DNA from: Acidimicrobiales bacterium
GTDB lineage: Bacteria > Actinomycetota > Acidimicrobiia > Acidimicrobiales > CAIXPF01
Reading direction: 5' to 3'
Length of the DNA stretch: 44,844 nucleotides
Assembly: GCA_046153015.1 (NCBI GenBank)
Contig: JBJXGF010000097.1
Span: 1 to 44,844, forward strand
A program made the position numbers and the translations under genes. Shown here one piece after another: positions 28,321 through 36,430 of this stretch. Within the stretch, counting starts at the first letter, position 1. Each line of letters starts with the position of its first letter. The notes under the pieces were generated by a model that was not told where the DNA came from, made no database searches, and saw only the letters and a list, made by a program, of their open reading frames with translations.

Positions 28321-29079
28321 ATGGCCCTCCAGGAGTCCGATTCCGAGGCCCTCGCCGCCACGCTGCTCGAGGCCGACCGCGCGGTCGTCCTCACCGGCCT
28401 GCGCCTGGGCGGCCCTGAGAGCCTGGACCTCACCCATGCCGATGGCGAGTGGGCCAGGCGGGCCAGCCTCGAGGCCTTCCTCACCGAGCCCGGGCGTTTC
28501 TGGGAGTACTTCTATCCCACGGCGCTCGCGATCGCCGGCCGCCGGCCGGGACCCGCCCATGACGCCCTCGCCCGGCTCGAGCGCGCCGGGGTGGTCGCGG
28601 CCCTCGTCACCCAGGCCGTCGATCGGCTCCACACCCGGGCGGGCAGCATCGACCCGGTCGAGGTCTACGGCACGGTGCTCACCCAGCGCTGCGAGCGCTG
28701 CGGCGAGCGCTACGGGCTGCCCGAGGCGGGCGCCCTGATGGCGGCCGCGCCCGACGGGGTGCCGCGCTGCACGACCTCCGGCTGCGGCTATCCACTGCGG
28801 CCCGAGGGGACGCTGTGGGGCGAGGCCCTTCCCCGGGCGGCCGTCGAGCGCGCCTGGGAGCTCGCCGCCGACGCCGACGCCTTCATCGTCCTGGACTCCG
28901 ACCTTCGCACCGCACCGATCTCGCTCCTGCCCTCGGTGCCGCTCACGCGCGGCGTGCCCCTCATCCTGGTCGGCGAGACCCCCACCCAGTACGACCGCTA
29001 CGCCCACCGGGTCATCCGGGGGCCGAGCGCCGACATCATCTCCGCGGTGGCCGACCTGATCGTCCCCTCGCCGCGATGA
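28321..29079 (+). CDS. Sir2/CobB-like protein with degenerate catalytic motifs
   Basis: VVLTG, PGPAHDALARLE, VTQAVDRLH..AG, CERC...C..GC zinc ligands, LRP...WGEALP, TPTQYD. Confidence 0.75.
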   Translation: MALQESDSEALAATLLEADRAVVLTGLRLGGPESLDLTHADGEWARRASLEAFLTEPGRFWEYFYPTALAIAGRRPGPAHDALARLERAGVVAALVTQAVDRLHTRAGSIDPVEVYGTVLTQRCERCGERYGLPEAGALMAAAPDGVPRCTTSGCGYPLRPEGTLWGEALPRAAVERAWELAADADAFIVLDSDLRTAPISLLPSVPLTRGVPLILVGETPTQYDRYAHRVIRGPSADIISAVADLIVPSPR

Positions 29080-29852
29080 GCGGCGCGCAGCCCTTCCGCC
29101 TCGACGGCCAGGCGGCGATCGTCACCGGCGCCTCATCGGGGCTCGGCGCGATCATCGCCGACGCCCTCGCCGACGCCGGCTGCGCGGTGGTGCTGGCCGC
29201 CCGTCGCGAGCAGGAGCTCGAGCGCGGCGCCGCGGCCATCGTCGCCCGCGGAGGGCGCGCGGTCGCCCGGCGCGCCGACCTGCGCGACCCCGCCCACGCC
29301 GAGGACCTCGTGTCCACGGCCCTCGGGGCCTTCGGCCGTCTCGACGGAGTCGTCCTGAACGCGGGCGCCTCCACGATCGCGGCCGCCGACGACGAGGACC
29401 TGGCCGCCTTCGCCGATGTCCTGGCCGTCAACGTGACCGCCCAGATGGCGCTGGCGGCGGCGGCGGCCCGGCAGATGATCGGCGCCGGGCGCGGCGGCTG
29501 GATGATCGCCCAGAGCTCGATCCTCGCCCGCAAGGCCGGCACGGGCCCCGGGGTGGCCGCCTACTCGGCCTCCAAGGCCGCGATCGAGCAGCTCATCCGC
29601 GAGCTGGCGCGCCAGTGGGCGCCCCACGGGATCCGCGTCAACGGCCTCGCCCCCGGCTTCTTCCCCACCGCCATGAACGCGCCGATGGTCGCCGACGAGG
29701 GCCGCCTGGCCCAGCTGGTGGCGCGCATCCCGCTCGGGCGGCCCGGCGAGCCCGCCGACCTGGCCGGGGTGGCGGTCTTCCTCGCGAGCCCGGCCTCGGG
29801 CTACATCACCGGACAGGTCATCCCGCTCGACGGCGGGATGACCTGCTGGTAG
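29076..29852 (+). CDS. SDR family oxidoreductase
   Basis: TGASSGLG, LNAG, YSASK, NGLAPGFF, ITGQVIPLDGG. Confidence 0.92.
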   Translation: MSGAQPFRLDGQAAIVTGASSGLGAIIADALADAGCAVVLAARREQELERGAAAIVARGGRAVARRADLRDPAHAEDLVSTALGAFGRLDGVVLNAGASTIAAADDEDLAAFADVLAVNVTAQMALAAAAARQMIGAGRGGWMIAQSSILARKAGTGPGVAAYSASKAAIEQLIRELARQWAPHGIRVNGLAPGFFPTAMNAPMVADEGRLAQLVARIPLGRPGEPADLAGVAVFLASPASGYITGQVIPLDGGMTCW

Positions 29853-30266
29853 CTACGCGGCGCCCGGAGGGTCGGTGTCGACCACGAACTTCTGCGAGTA
29901 GTAGATGTCGCCCTCGTGCCCGAGCTTCATCCGGCGCAGGGTGGCCTTGACGCGGGTGCCCACCTCGACGTCCTCGGGGGCGACCCCGACGACCGGCGCC
30001 GGCATCAGCACGCCCTCGTCCATGGTGATGTGGCCGACGACGTAGGGCTCCTGGCCGAGGAAGTCGCGCGGCGGGTAGTAGACCACCGTGTAGTTGGACA
30101 GCTCGCCGGTGCCGGCGAGCTCCTGCTCGGTGAGCGTGTCGCTGCCGCACTGGTAGCAGTGGTGGTGCTCCCACCAGGGGCTCAGGTGCCCGTTGGCGCA
30201 GCGCATCGCGTAGAGGCGCAGCTTGGGCGGGCCGAGACGGGAGAACTCGATCGCCGAGACGGTCAC
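29853..30266 (-). CDS. DUF35 Zn-ribbon/OB-fold protein (PhlB/AcaC-like)
   Basis: RCANGH...CYQCG, GTGELSNYTVV, PYVVG, VEVGTRV..TLRR. GGAGG RBS before the GTG. Confidence 0.82.
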   Translation of the reverse strand: MTVSAIEFSRLGPPKLRLYAMRCANGHLSPWWEHHHCYQCGSDTLTEQELAGTGELSNYTVVYYPPRDFLGQEPYVVGHITMDEGVLMPAPVVGVAPEDVEVGTRVKATLRRMKLGHEGDIYYSQKFVVDTDPPGAA

Positions 30267-30268
30267 GT

Positions 30269-31441
30269 CTAGCCCTCCAGGCGCTGATAGACGTGGATCG
30301 CGCCGACCGCGCCCGGGCCGCCGCGGCAGGCCGAGATGCCGATCTCGGCGCCGGGGCGCTGCATGTCGGGCGGCGCGGTGCCGCGCAGCTGCTCGATGAT
30401 GTCGACCGCCTGGGTGGCGCCCGTGGCCCCGAGCGGGTGCCCCTTGCAGAGAAGGCCGCCCGACAGGTTGACCGCGACCTTGCCGTCGATCCAGGTCGAG
30501 CCGTCGGCGGCGCCCTTCCAGCCCTCGCCCTTGGCGGCGAATCCGAGGCCCTCGATCCCGAGCGGCTCCTGGATCGCGAACGAGTTGTAGATCTCGGCGA
30601 CGTCGATGTCGCCGGCGCTGATGCCCGCCATCGCGTAGGCGCGCTCGGCCGGCGCGGCGAAGAGCGCGTGGGCGTCGTCGAGGGTGTCGGTGGCCGCGTA
30701 CCAGGTGCCGGTCGCCATCTGGGTGGCGGTGACATAGACCTGCGGCTTGTCGGGCTGGTCGCGCAGGATCTCCTCGCGGCACAGGATCAGCGACGACGAG
30801 GCGTCGGTCATCGGGCAGACCTCATAGAGCTTCAGCGGGTCGGCCACCTTGGCCGAGCGCATGACCTCCTCGACCGTGCACTCGAAGCGCAGGTGGGCGT
30901 AGGGGTTGCGCGCGCCGTAGTGGTGGTTCTTGACCGAGGTGTGGGCGAGGTCCTCCTCGGTGAGCCCGTAGGTCTGCATGTACTTGCGCGCCGTCAGGGC
31001 CACGCCCGAGGGGAAGGTGAGGCCCGAGAAGTACTCCTCCTTGGAGTCGGCCGCCTGGGCGATGATCGAGGTCCCCTCGACGGTCGCCAGGTCGTTCATC
31101 TTCTCGACCCCGACCACCATCACGGTGTCGTAGAGGCCCGACATGATCGCCGCGCAGCCGAGGTGGAGCGCCCACGCGCCGGTGCCGCAGGCCGCCTCGA
31201 CGCGCACCGCGCCGGCCGGTACGACGCCCAGGTGGTGGGCGACCATGAGGCCGGTCGAGTTCTCGTAGTTGAAGCCCACCGAGCCCACGTTGCCCACATA
31301 GAGCGACTGGATGTCGGCGGGCTCGACGCCCGCGTCGGCGAAGGCCAGACGACCCGACTCGACGGCCAGATCACGCAGCGACTTGCCGTGCTGGATCTTG
31401 TGAGGGGTCTTGCCGATCCCGAGAACGCCGACGCGCATCAC
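30269..31441 (-). CDS. SCP2/archaeal-type thiolase (PhlC/AcaB-like)
   Basis: VEAACGTG (catalytic Cys), GVEKM, VKNH, NPYAH, NLSGGLLCKGHPLGATG. Confidence 0.88.
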   Translation of the reverse strand: MMRVGVLGIGKTPHKIQHGKSLRDLAVESGRLAFADAGVEPADIQSLYVGNVGSVGFNYENSTGLMVAHHLGVVPAGAVRVEAACGTGAWALHLGCAAIMSGLYDTVMVVGVEKMNDLATVEGTSIIAQAADSKEEYFSGLTFPSGVALTARKYMQTYGLTEEDLAHTSVKNHHYGARNPYAHLRFECTVEEVMRSAKVADPLKLYEVCPMTDASSSLILCREEILRDQPDKPQVYVTATQMATGTWYAATDTLDDAHALFAAPAERAYAMAGISAGDIDVAEIYNSFAIQEPLGIEGLGFAAKGEGWKGAADGSTWIDGKVAVNLSGGLLCKGHPLGATGATQAVDIIEQLRGTAPPDMQRPGAEIGISACRGGPGAVGAIHVYQRLEG

Positions 31442-31447
31442 GCCTCC

Positions 31448-32434
31448 TCAGTGGGGTTCGGCCTGGCGGCCACGGGTCCAACGGTAGTACGTGGACAGGT
31501 CGATCGCCTCGCCGGCGATCTGGTCGGCCGCGCCCGACGACGACGGGGCCCCGATCACCTCGATCTCCTGGGCGATCGCCTCGCCCCCGCCGTAGCCCAG
31601 CGCGAGCAGGTGCTGGCCCTGCTCGGCGGCGTCGAGGCCCATCGCGAGGGCGATGCCGACCGAGGCCGCGCCCAGGTTGCCGATCTCCCCGACGAAGCTC
31701 GTGTGCTCGAGCTGCTCGGCGCCGACGCCCGCCTTGCCCAGCCCCCGCAGGGTCTGGGGATGGGGCTGGCTGGCGCAGACGGCCGCATAGGCGCCGGTCG
31801 GGCGCTCGGTCAGCCGCTCCAGCTCGCCGAGGGCCGCGCGGGTGGTCTCCCCGTAGGCGTCGAAGAGCACTTCGAGCCGGTAGCGGGCCTCGGGCTCGGT
31901 CCCGAGACGCCAGACGTCGTAGACCTCACGACCCGAGCGCGCGAGGGCGCCGAGCCGGGCGACCCCGCCGGAGGCGCCGACCAGGAACGCCGCCGCCCCG
32001 CCGGCCGAGAGGGTGTCGCAGACGCGCTCCTCGTAGCTCACGAGGTGGTCCGCGGCCACGACCAGCGCGGGCGCGCCGCCATCGCCTGCGAGCGCCGTGG
32101 CGATCTGGAGCCCGTCGAGGAGCGCTCCGGGGTGGCCGCCAACGTCGAGAGGCGTCGCGTCGGCGAGGCCGAGCGCGCGCGCCAGGGTCGCCGACAGCTT
32201 GCGCAGCCCGAACGGCGGCGACTGGCTGACGGCGATCACGACGCCCGGCGCCTCCGCCCCCGCGAGGGCGGCGGTCGCGGCCTCGTAGGCCATCGTCAGG
32301 GTGTCCTCGTCGAGGGCCGGGGTGCACAGGGCCTTGGAGCGCGGGCGGCCCGGGCGCCCGAAGAACTTCTGGATCTCCCCGAGAGGGGCCCGGTAGCGGG
32401 GCAGGTACGCCCCGTACCGGATGATCTCCCCCAT
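31448..32434 (-). CDS. HMG-CoA synthase-like protein lacking the catalytic Cys (PhlA/AcaA-like)
   Basis: YGAYLPRYR, DEDTLTMAYEAA, GGAAAFLVG, DVWR, IGNLGAAS, LGYGGG. Confidence 0.78.
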   Translation of the reverse strand: MGEIIRYGAYLPRYRAPLGEIQKFFGRPGRPRSKALCTPALDEDTLTMAYEAATAALAGAEAPGVVIAVSQSPPFGLRKLSATLARALGLADATPLDVGGHPGALLDGLQIATALAGDGGAPALVVAADHLVSYEERVCDTLSAGGAAAFLVGASGGVARLGALARSGREVYDVWRLGTEPEARYRLEVLFDAYGETTRAALGELERLTERPTGAYAAVCASQPHPQTLRGLGKAGVGAEQLEHTSFVGEIGNLGAASVGIALAMGLDAAEQGQHLLALGYGGGEAIAQEIEVIGAPSSSGAADQIAGEAIDLSTYYRWTRGRQAEPH

Positions 32435-32437
32435 CTG

Positions 32438-34096
32438 TTAGCGCTTGATCGTGATGCCGGCGGCCTCACGATCGAACGTGTCGGGGGTGACGCCCTCGTC
32501 GCGCAGCTTCACCTTCTGGACCCGCTCGGTCGGCGTCTTCGGCAGCTCGGCGACGAACCGGATGTAGCGCGGGACCATGAAGTACGGCATCCGCTCGGCC
32601 ATCCAGTGGGTGTACTCCACGGGGTCCGGCGCGTCGCCCTCGGCGATGCAGACGATCATGATCTCGTCCTCCGACGAGGCGCCCTCGCCGGCCTTGACGC
32701 CGATCGCCGCGACCTCCTTGACGTTCGGGTGGTCCGACGCCTGGCGCTCGACCTCCATCGAGGAGACGTTCTCGCCCCGGCGGCGGATGTAGTCCTTCAC
32801 CCGGTCCATGAAGTAGAAGTAGCCCTCCTCGTCCATGCGGCCGAGGTCGCCGGTGTGGAGCTTCAGGTTCCTGAAGTCGTCGGCGGTCTTCTCCGGCATG
32901 CCGTAGTAGGCGCGCATGACGATGTTCGGGATCTTCATGTCGACCACGATCTCGCCCGGGGTGTCGGGCGGAAGCGGCCGGTCGGTGCCCGGCTCGACGA
33001 TCGTGACCTCGTAGCCCGGGTTGGCCTTGCCCATCGAGCCCGGGACGCCCGGCTTGGTCGGGTCCATGTAGGTCGCCATGCCGGTCTCGGTGAGGCCATA
33101 GCCCTCGATGAACTTGACCCCGAAGCGCTCCTGGAACTCGTTGTAGATGTCCTTGGGCGCCGGTGCCGCGAAGCAGGTGTGCACCTTGTGGGCGCGGTCG
33201 AGCTCCGAGGGCGGGATGTTCCAGATGAAGTAGCTGACCGCGCCGATCGAGTTGAAGACGGTCGCCTCGGCGTCCTTCACCTGCTGCCAGAAGCGGCTCG
33301 AGGAGAAGCGCTCCACGTAGGCCACCCGGCCGCCGGCGACCAGCGCCGGATAGCCCGAGAGCACCTGGGCGTTGGAGTGGAAGAGCGGCAGACAGCTGAA
33401 GAAGGTGTCCTCCGACAGCGACTCGACCGACTTGCCGGCGGTGGCCGAGACCACCTCGAGCAGGCCGCGCGCCGAGAAGTAGTCGGCGGCGTTCTGCTTG
33501 ATGACGCCCTTGGAGCGGCCGGTGGTGCCCGAGGTGAACATGATCCGGGCGTCGTCGGTCCACGAGTAGGCGATCCCGTCCGGCTCACCGTCGGGGGCGT
33601 CCATGAGGGCCTCGAGCGGCTCCCACGGCAGCGTCGGGTCCGCGCCCTCCTGCTTGCCGGTCTTCATCACGATCACGTGCTCGAGCAGCGGCAGCTCGGT
33701 CTTGATGAGGTCGAGCCGCTCCAGGTAGAGGTCGGAGATGACCAGCTTCTTGGCCTCGACGAGGTTGATCGTCCAGGACAGGAAGTCGCCCTTGTAGGCG
33801 GTGTTGATCGAGCTCATCACCGCGCCGGCCTTGAGGATCCCGAACCAGACCGGGATGAACTCCTCGCAGTTGGGGAGCATGACGCTCACCGACTCGCCCG
33901 GCTGGACGCCACGTGCGATCAGGGCGTTCGCGACCCGGTTGGCGCGGGCGTTGACCTCGCCGTAGCTCACCCACGGCTGCTCGGCGAACTTCAGGTATTC
34001 CCGGTCGGGTGTCTCGGTCGCCCGCCGCTTGAGCACCTCGGCGAGAACCCACTTGGTCGGGTCCTCATGCGCGTACCAGTCGCTCCACTCGGCCAT
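32438..34096 (-). CDS. Acyl-CoA ligase (CaiC-like ANL adenylating enzyme)
   Basis: MFTSGTTGRSKG, EGYGLTE, HTGDLG, DRVKDYIRRRGENVSS, LPKTPTERVQK. Confidence 0.92.
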   Translation of the reverse strand: MAEWSDWYAHEDPTKWVLAEVLKRRATETPDREYLKFAEQPWVSYGEVNARANRVANALIARGVQPGESVSVMLPNCEEFIPVWFGILKAGAVMSSINTAYKGDFLSWTINLVEAKKLVISDLYLERLDLIKTELPLLEHVIVMKTGKQEGADPTLPWEPLEALMDAPDGEPDGIAYSWTDDARIMFTSGTTGRSKGVIKQNAADYFSARGLLEVVSATAGKSVESLSEDTFFSCLPLFHSNAQVLSGYPALVAGGRVAYVERFSSSRFWQQVKDAEATVFNSIGAVSYFIWNIPPSELDRAHKVHTCFAAPAPKDIYNEFQERFGVKFIEGYGLTETGMATYMDPTKPGVPGSMGKANPGYEVTIVEPGTDRPLPPDTPGEIVVDMKIPNIVMRAYYGMPEKTADDFRNLKLHTGDLGRMDEEGYFYFMDRVKDYIRRRGENVSSMEVERQASDHPNVKEVAAIGVKAGEGASSEDEIMIVCIAEGDAPDPVEYTHWMAERMPYFMVPRYIRFVAELPKTPTERVQKVKLRDEGVTPDTFDREAAGITIKR

Positions 34097-34151
34097 CTCT
34101 ACGTCTTCCCCCTTGGGTGCTGTCGTCGCTGGTCGGTCGCCCCGCCGTTCC

Positions 34152-34592
34152 CTAGACGGCGACGAACTTCGGCAGCGTTATCTCGTCGGTGACGTCGTGG
34201 AAGACCACGCGCACCTTCATCCCGATGGACACGTCTTCCGGGTCGATGGACGGGTAGTCGGGCTCGTCCTTGACCAGGTTGGACATCACGCGCACGCCCT
34301 CGTCCAGATCGACCAGGGCCACGACGTGGGGCGGGTCGCCCTTGTACGCCTTGCTCGGGCCGATGAAGTGGACCGAGTAGGTGTAGACCGTGCCGGTCCC
34401 CGGCGACTCGACCCACTGGACGGGCTCGAGGGTGCCGGGCACGAGGGCCCGGGGGTACCAGAAGGGCTCGCCCTTGGCGTTGGTCGGCAGGAGCAGCTTG
34501 TGCTCGCGCGTCCCGGCCCAGTAGTGGTCGCCCTCCGGGCGCATGTCGGGCAGAGGCTTGGTGTAGGGCGGAGTGGTGGACTGCTCGGACAT
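34152..34592 (-). CDS. DUF35 OB-fold protein lacking zinc-ribbon cysteines
   Basis: YWAG.REHKLL, GTGTVYTYSV, VALVDLDEGVRVMSN, IGMKVRVVF, LPKF. No Cys in the protein. Confidence 0.82.
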   Translation of the reverse strand: MSEQSTTPPYTKPLPDMRPEGDHYWAGTREHKLLLPTNAKGEPFWYPRALVPGTLEPVQWVESPGTGTVYTYSVHFIGPSKAYKGDPPHVVALVDLDEGVRVMSNLVKDEPDYPSIDPEDVSIGMKVRVVFHDVTDEITLPKFVAV

Positions 34593-34610
34593 CTCTCGTC
34601 TCCCTGTGCC

Positions 34611-35840
34611 CTAGGCCGCCGAGGGCGGTTCGCTCGACAGGACCAGCGCGCTCGTGGCGGCCAGGATCCCACCGGATCCGTTGGTGATGGCGAGCTTGGC
34701 GTCGGGGACCTGGTGGTTGCCCCCGCCCCGCCCGGTGTCGTCGGCCTCGCCGCGCAGCTGCAGGGTCGCCTCGACGATGTGGTGCATGGCTCCCAGGTGC
34801 GCCTGGCGGATCAGCCCGCCGTGGGTGTTCATCGGGAGCTTGCCGCCCAGCTTGGCGTGGCCCTCGAGCACCCAGTCCCCCGCCTCGCCCGGGCCGCAGA
34901 CGCCGAAGCCCTCGAGGGCGATCAGCGGCGTGAAGCTGAACGAGTCGTAGATCTCCGCCACGTCGAGGTCCCCGACGGTGATGCCGGCGACCTCCATCGC
35001 GCGCCGTCCGGCCCGGCCGAGGCCCTGGCGGACGCCGTCGACCGAGGTGGCCGAGGAGATGTACTGGTGCGAATAGCCCTCGCCGATGCCGGTGATGTAG
35101 ACCGGCTTGGGACGCATCGACTTGGCGCGGTCGGCGGTCGTCACGAGGAAGGCCGCCGCGCCGTCGGACACGAGCGAGCAGTCCATGGCGTGGAAAGGGG
35201 TGGCGATCCAGCGGTCGTTCATGACGTCCTCGACGGTGACCACGTCGCGCAGCATCGCGTTCCACTTCAGGGCGGCGTGCTCGGACTGGGTCGCGACGAC
35301 CGCGGCGAGCGCCTCCTGGGGGACGTCGTGCTCGTACATGTAGCGCTGGGCCAGCAGGCCGTAGCCGCCGATCGTGGTCAGGCCGTAGGGCGCCTCGTAG
35401 GCGCCGTGGCTCATCTCGCGGGCCATGGCGATCATCCCCGAGGAGCTGATGCCCGAGCGGGTGTTGTCTCCGCGCACGCAGAGCACCACCTCGGCCAGGC
35501 CGGCGTCGATCGCGAGCGCCGCCTGCACGGCCATCAGGGGCGCGGTGGCCCCGCCGACGGCGACCGAGGCGAAGTAGCCCGGCTCCATGCCGAGGTAGTC
35601 CGCGAAGGTCGTCGCGTGCATCAGCGTCGACTCGACGAAGGAGAACGCGGTGACCATCCCGTCGACCTCCGCGAGCGTGATGCCCGCGTCATCGAGGGTG
35701 ATCTTGGACACCTCGGCGAGGAGCTGGAACGACCCGCGTCCCTCCAGCTTTCCCTGCTCGGTCTCCCCCACCCCGGCGATGACGATGCCCTTGCCGAGCA
35801 TTCGGCGCGCCTCGCGCAGGTTGGGCGTGGCCTCGCTCAT
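34611..35840 (-). CDS. Thiolase-superfamily protein, Ltp2/SCP-x-like, without the nucleophile Cys
   Basis: IAGVGET, GGAT at the usual Cys site, DCSLVSDGAAA, AEIYDSF, PMNTHGG, IVEATLQLRG. Confidence 0.85.
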   Translation of the reverse strand: MSEATPNLREARRMLGKGIVIAGVGETEQGKLEGRGSFQLLAEVSKITLDDAGITLAEVDGMVTAFSFVESTLMHATTFADYLGMEPGYFASVAVGGATAPLMAVQAALAIDAGLAEVVLCVRGDNTRSGISSSGMIAMAREMSHGAYEAPYGLTTIGGYGLLAQRYMYEHDVPQEALAAVVATQSEHAALKWNAMLRDVVTVEDVMNDRWIATPFHAMDCSLVSDGAAAFLVTTADRAKSMRPKPVYITGIGEGYSHQYISSATSVDGVRQGLGRAGRRAMEVAGITVGDLDVAEIYDSFSFTPLIALEGFGVCGPGEAGDWVLEGHAKLGGKLPMNTHGGLIRQAHLGAMHHIVEATLQLRGEADDTGRGGGNHQVPDAKLAITNGSGGILAATSALVLSSEPPSAA

Positions 35841-36018
35841 CCATCCCTCCTCATGGTCGTCTCACGGGACCGATCGGGGCCGTCGGCGGCCGACGGCCGC
35901 CAGGCGACCAGAGGCAACGCAGGGCCGAGGCCAGGCCGGGTGGCCCGCACGGGCCCGAACGCTACCAGCGCCGCGAGCTGAGCGTCAAGGAGGTCCCACT
36001 CCACCTTTTAACCTGCAA

Positions 36019-36089
36019 ATAAGGATCTTATGCGGGAGCGGAGAACCCCTTCGCACCCCCGGCCGGAACCCGGTCCCCCTTGGTACCAT
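36019..36089. promoter_or_regulatory. AT-rich divergent promoter region with palindrome ATAAG-GAT-CTTAT and extended -10 TGGTACCAT
   Basis: Palindrome at 36019-36031 in an AT-rich patch. TACCAT at 36084-36089 lies ahead of the CTG-start gene. Confidence 0.4.
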
Positions 36090-36127
36090 GCGCCCCGCTT
36101 CCGATGTGAGACGCGAAGGAGATCGCG

Positions 36128-36430
36128 CTGTCTGCCTCTGATCCCAACTACGACGCCGCGACCGACACCTATCGGCAGATCTACCGCGGCCACGACAACG
36201 CCTCGGCGGTCACCAACAACGAGGGGCTGACGGTCTACTTCGACCCGGACACCAACGACGTGCTCGGCTTCTCGATCGTCAACTTCGGCGCCTACTACGA
36301 GTCCCACAAGACCGACGATGGCGAGTTCGAGGTCAACCTGCCGGCCAAGGTGCCGGCGAACCTCGAGGAGGAGATGGACTTCGACGCCGAGGCCATCCGC
36401 TCCGGCGTGCGCATCGCCGAGTTCTACTAG
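36128..36430 (+). CDS. Small acidic 100-aa protein, DUF2283-like, CTG start, absent from the ORF track
   Basis: AAGGAG-6 nt-CTG, with an in-frame TGA at 36107. Translation (M)SASDPNYDAATDTYRQIY...GLTVYFDPDTNDVLGFSIVNF...DGEFEVNLP is clearly similar to 38242-38589. Confidence 0.8.
   Translation: MSASDPNYDAATDTYRQIYRGHDNASAVTNNEGLTVYFDPDTNDVLGFSIVNFGAYYESHKTDDGEFEVNLPAKVPANLEEEMDFDAEAIRSGVRIAEFY

Noticed and set aside
28321-29079. Sir2 anti-phage defence gene
   Set aside because: CobB-like size and zinc site, degenerate NAD motifs, and no HerA, Argonaute or Thoeris partner.
2358-34192. Very long alternative ORFs (2358-5618, 8831-11719, 26503-29079 N-part, 30293-34192 and similar)
   Set aside because: Antisense or off-frame shadows of real genes, as expected at this GC content. 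They are Arg/Gly/Pro-rich and carry no motifs.
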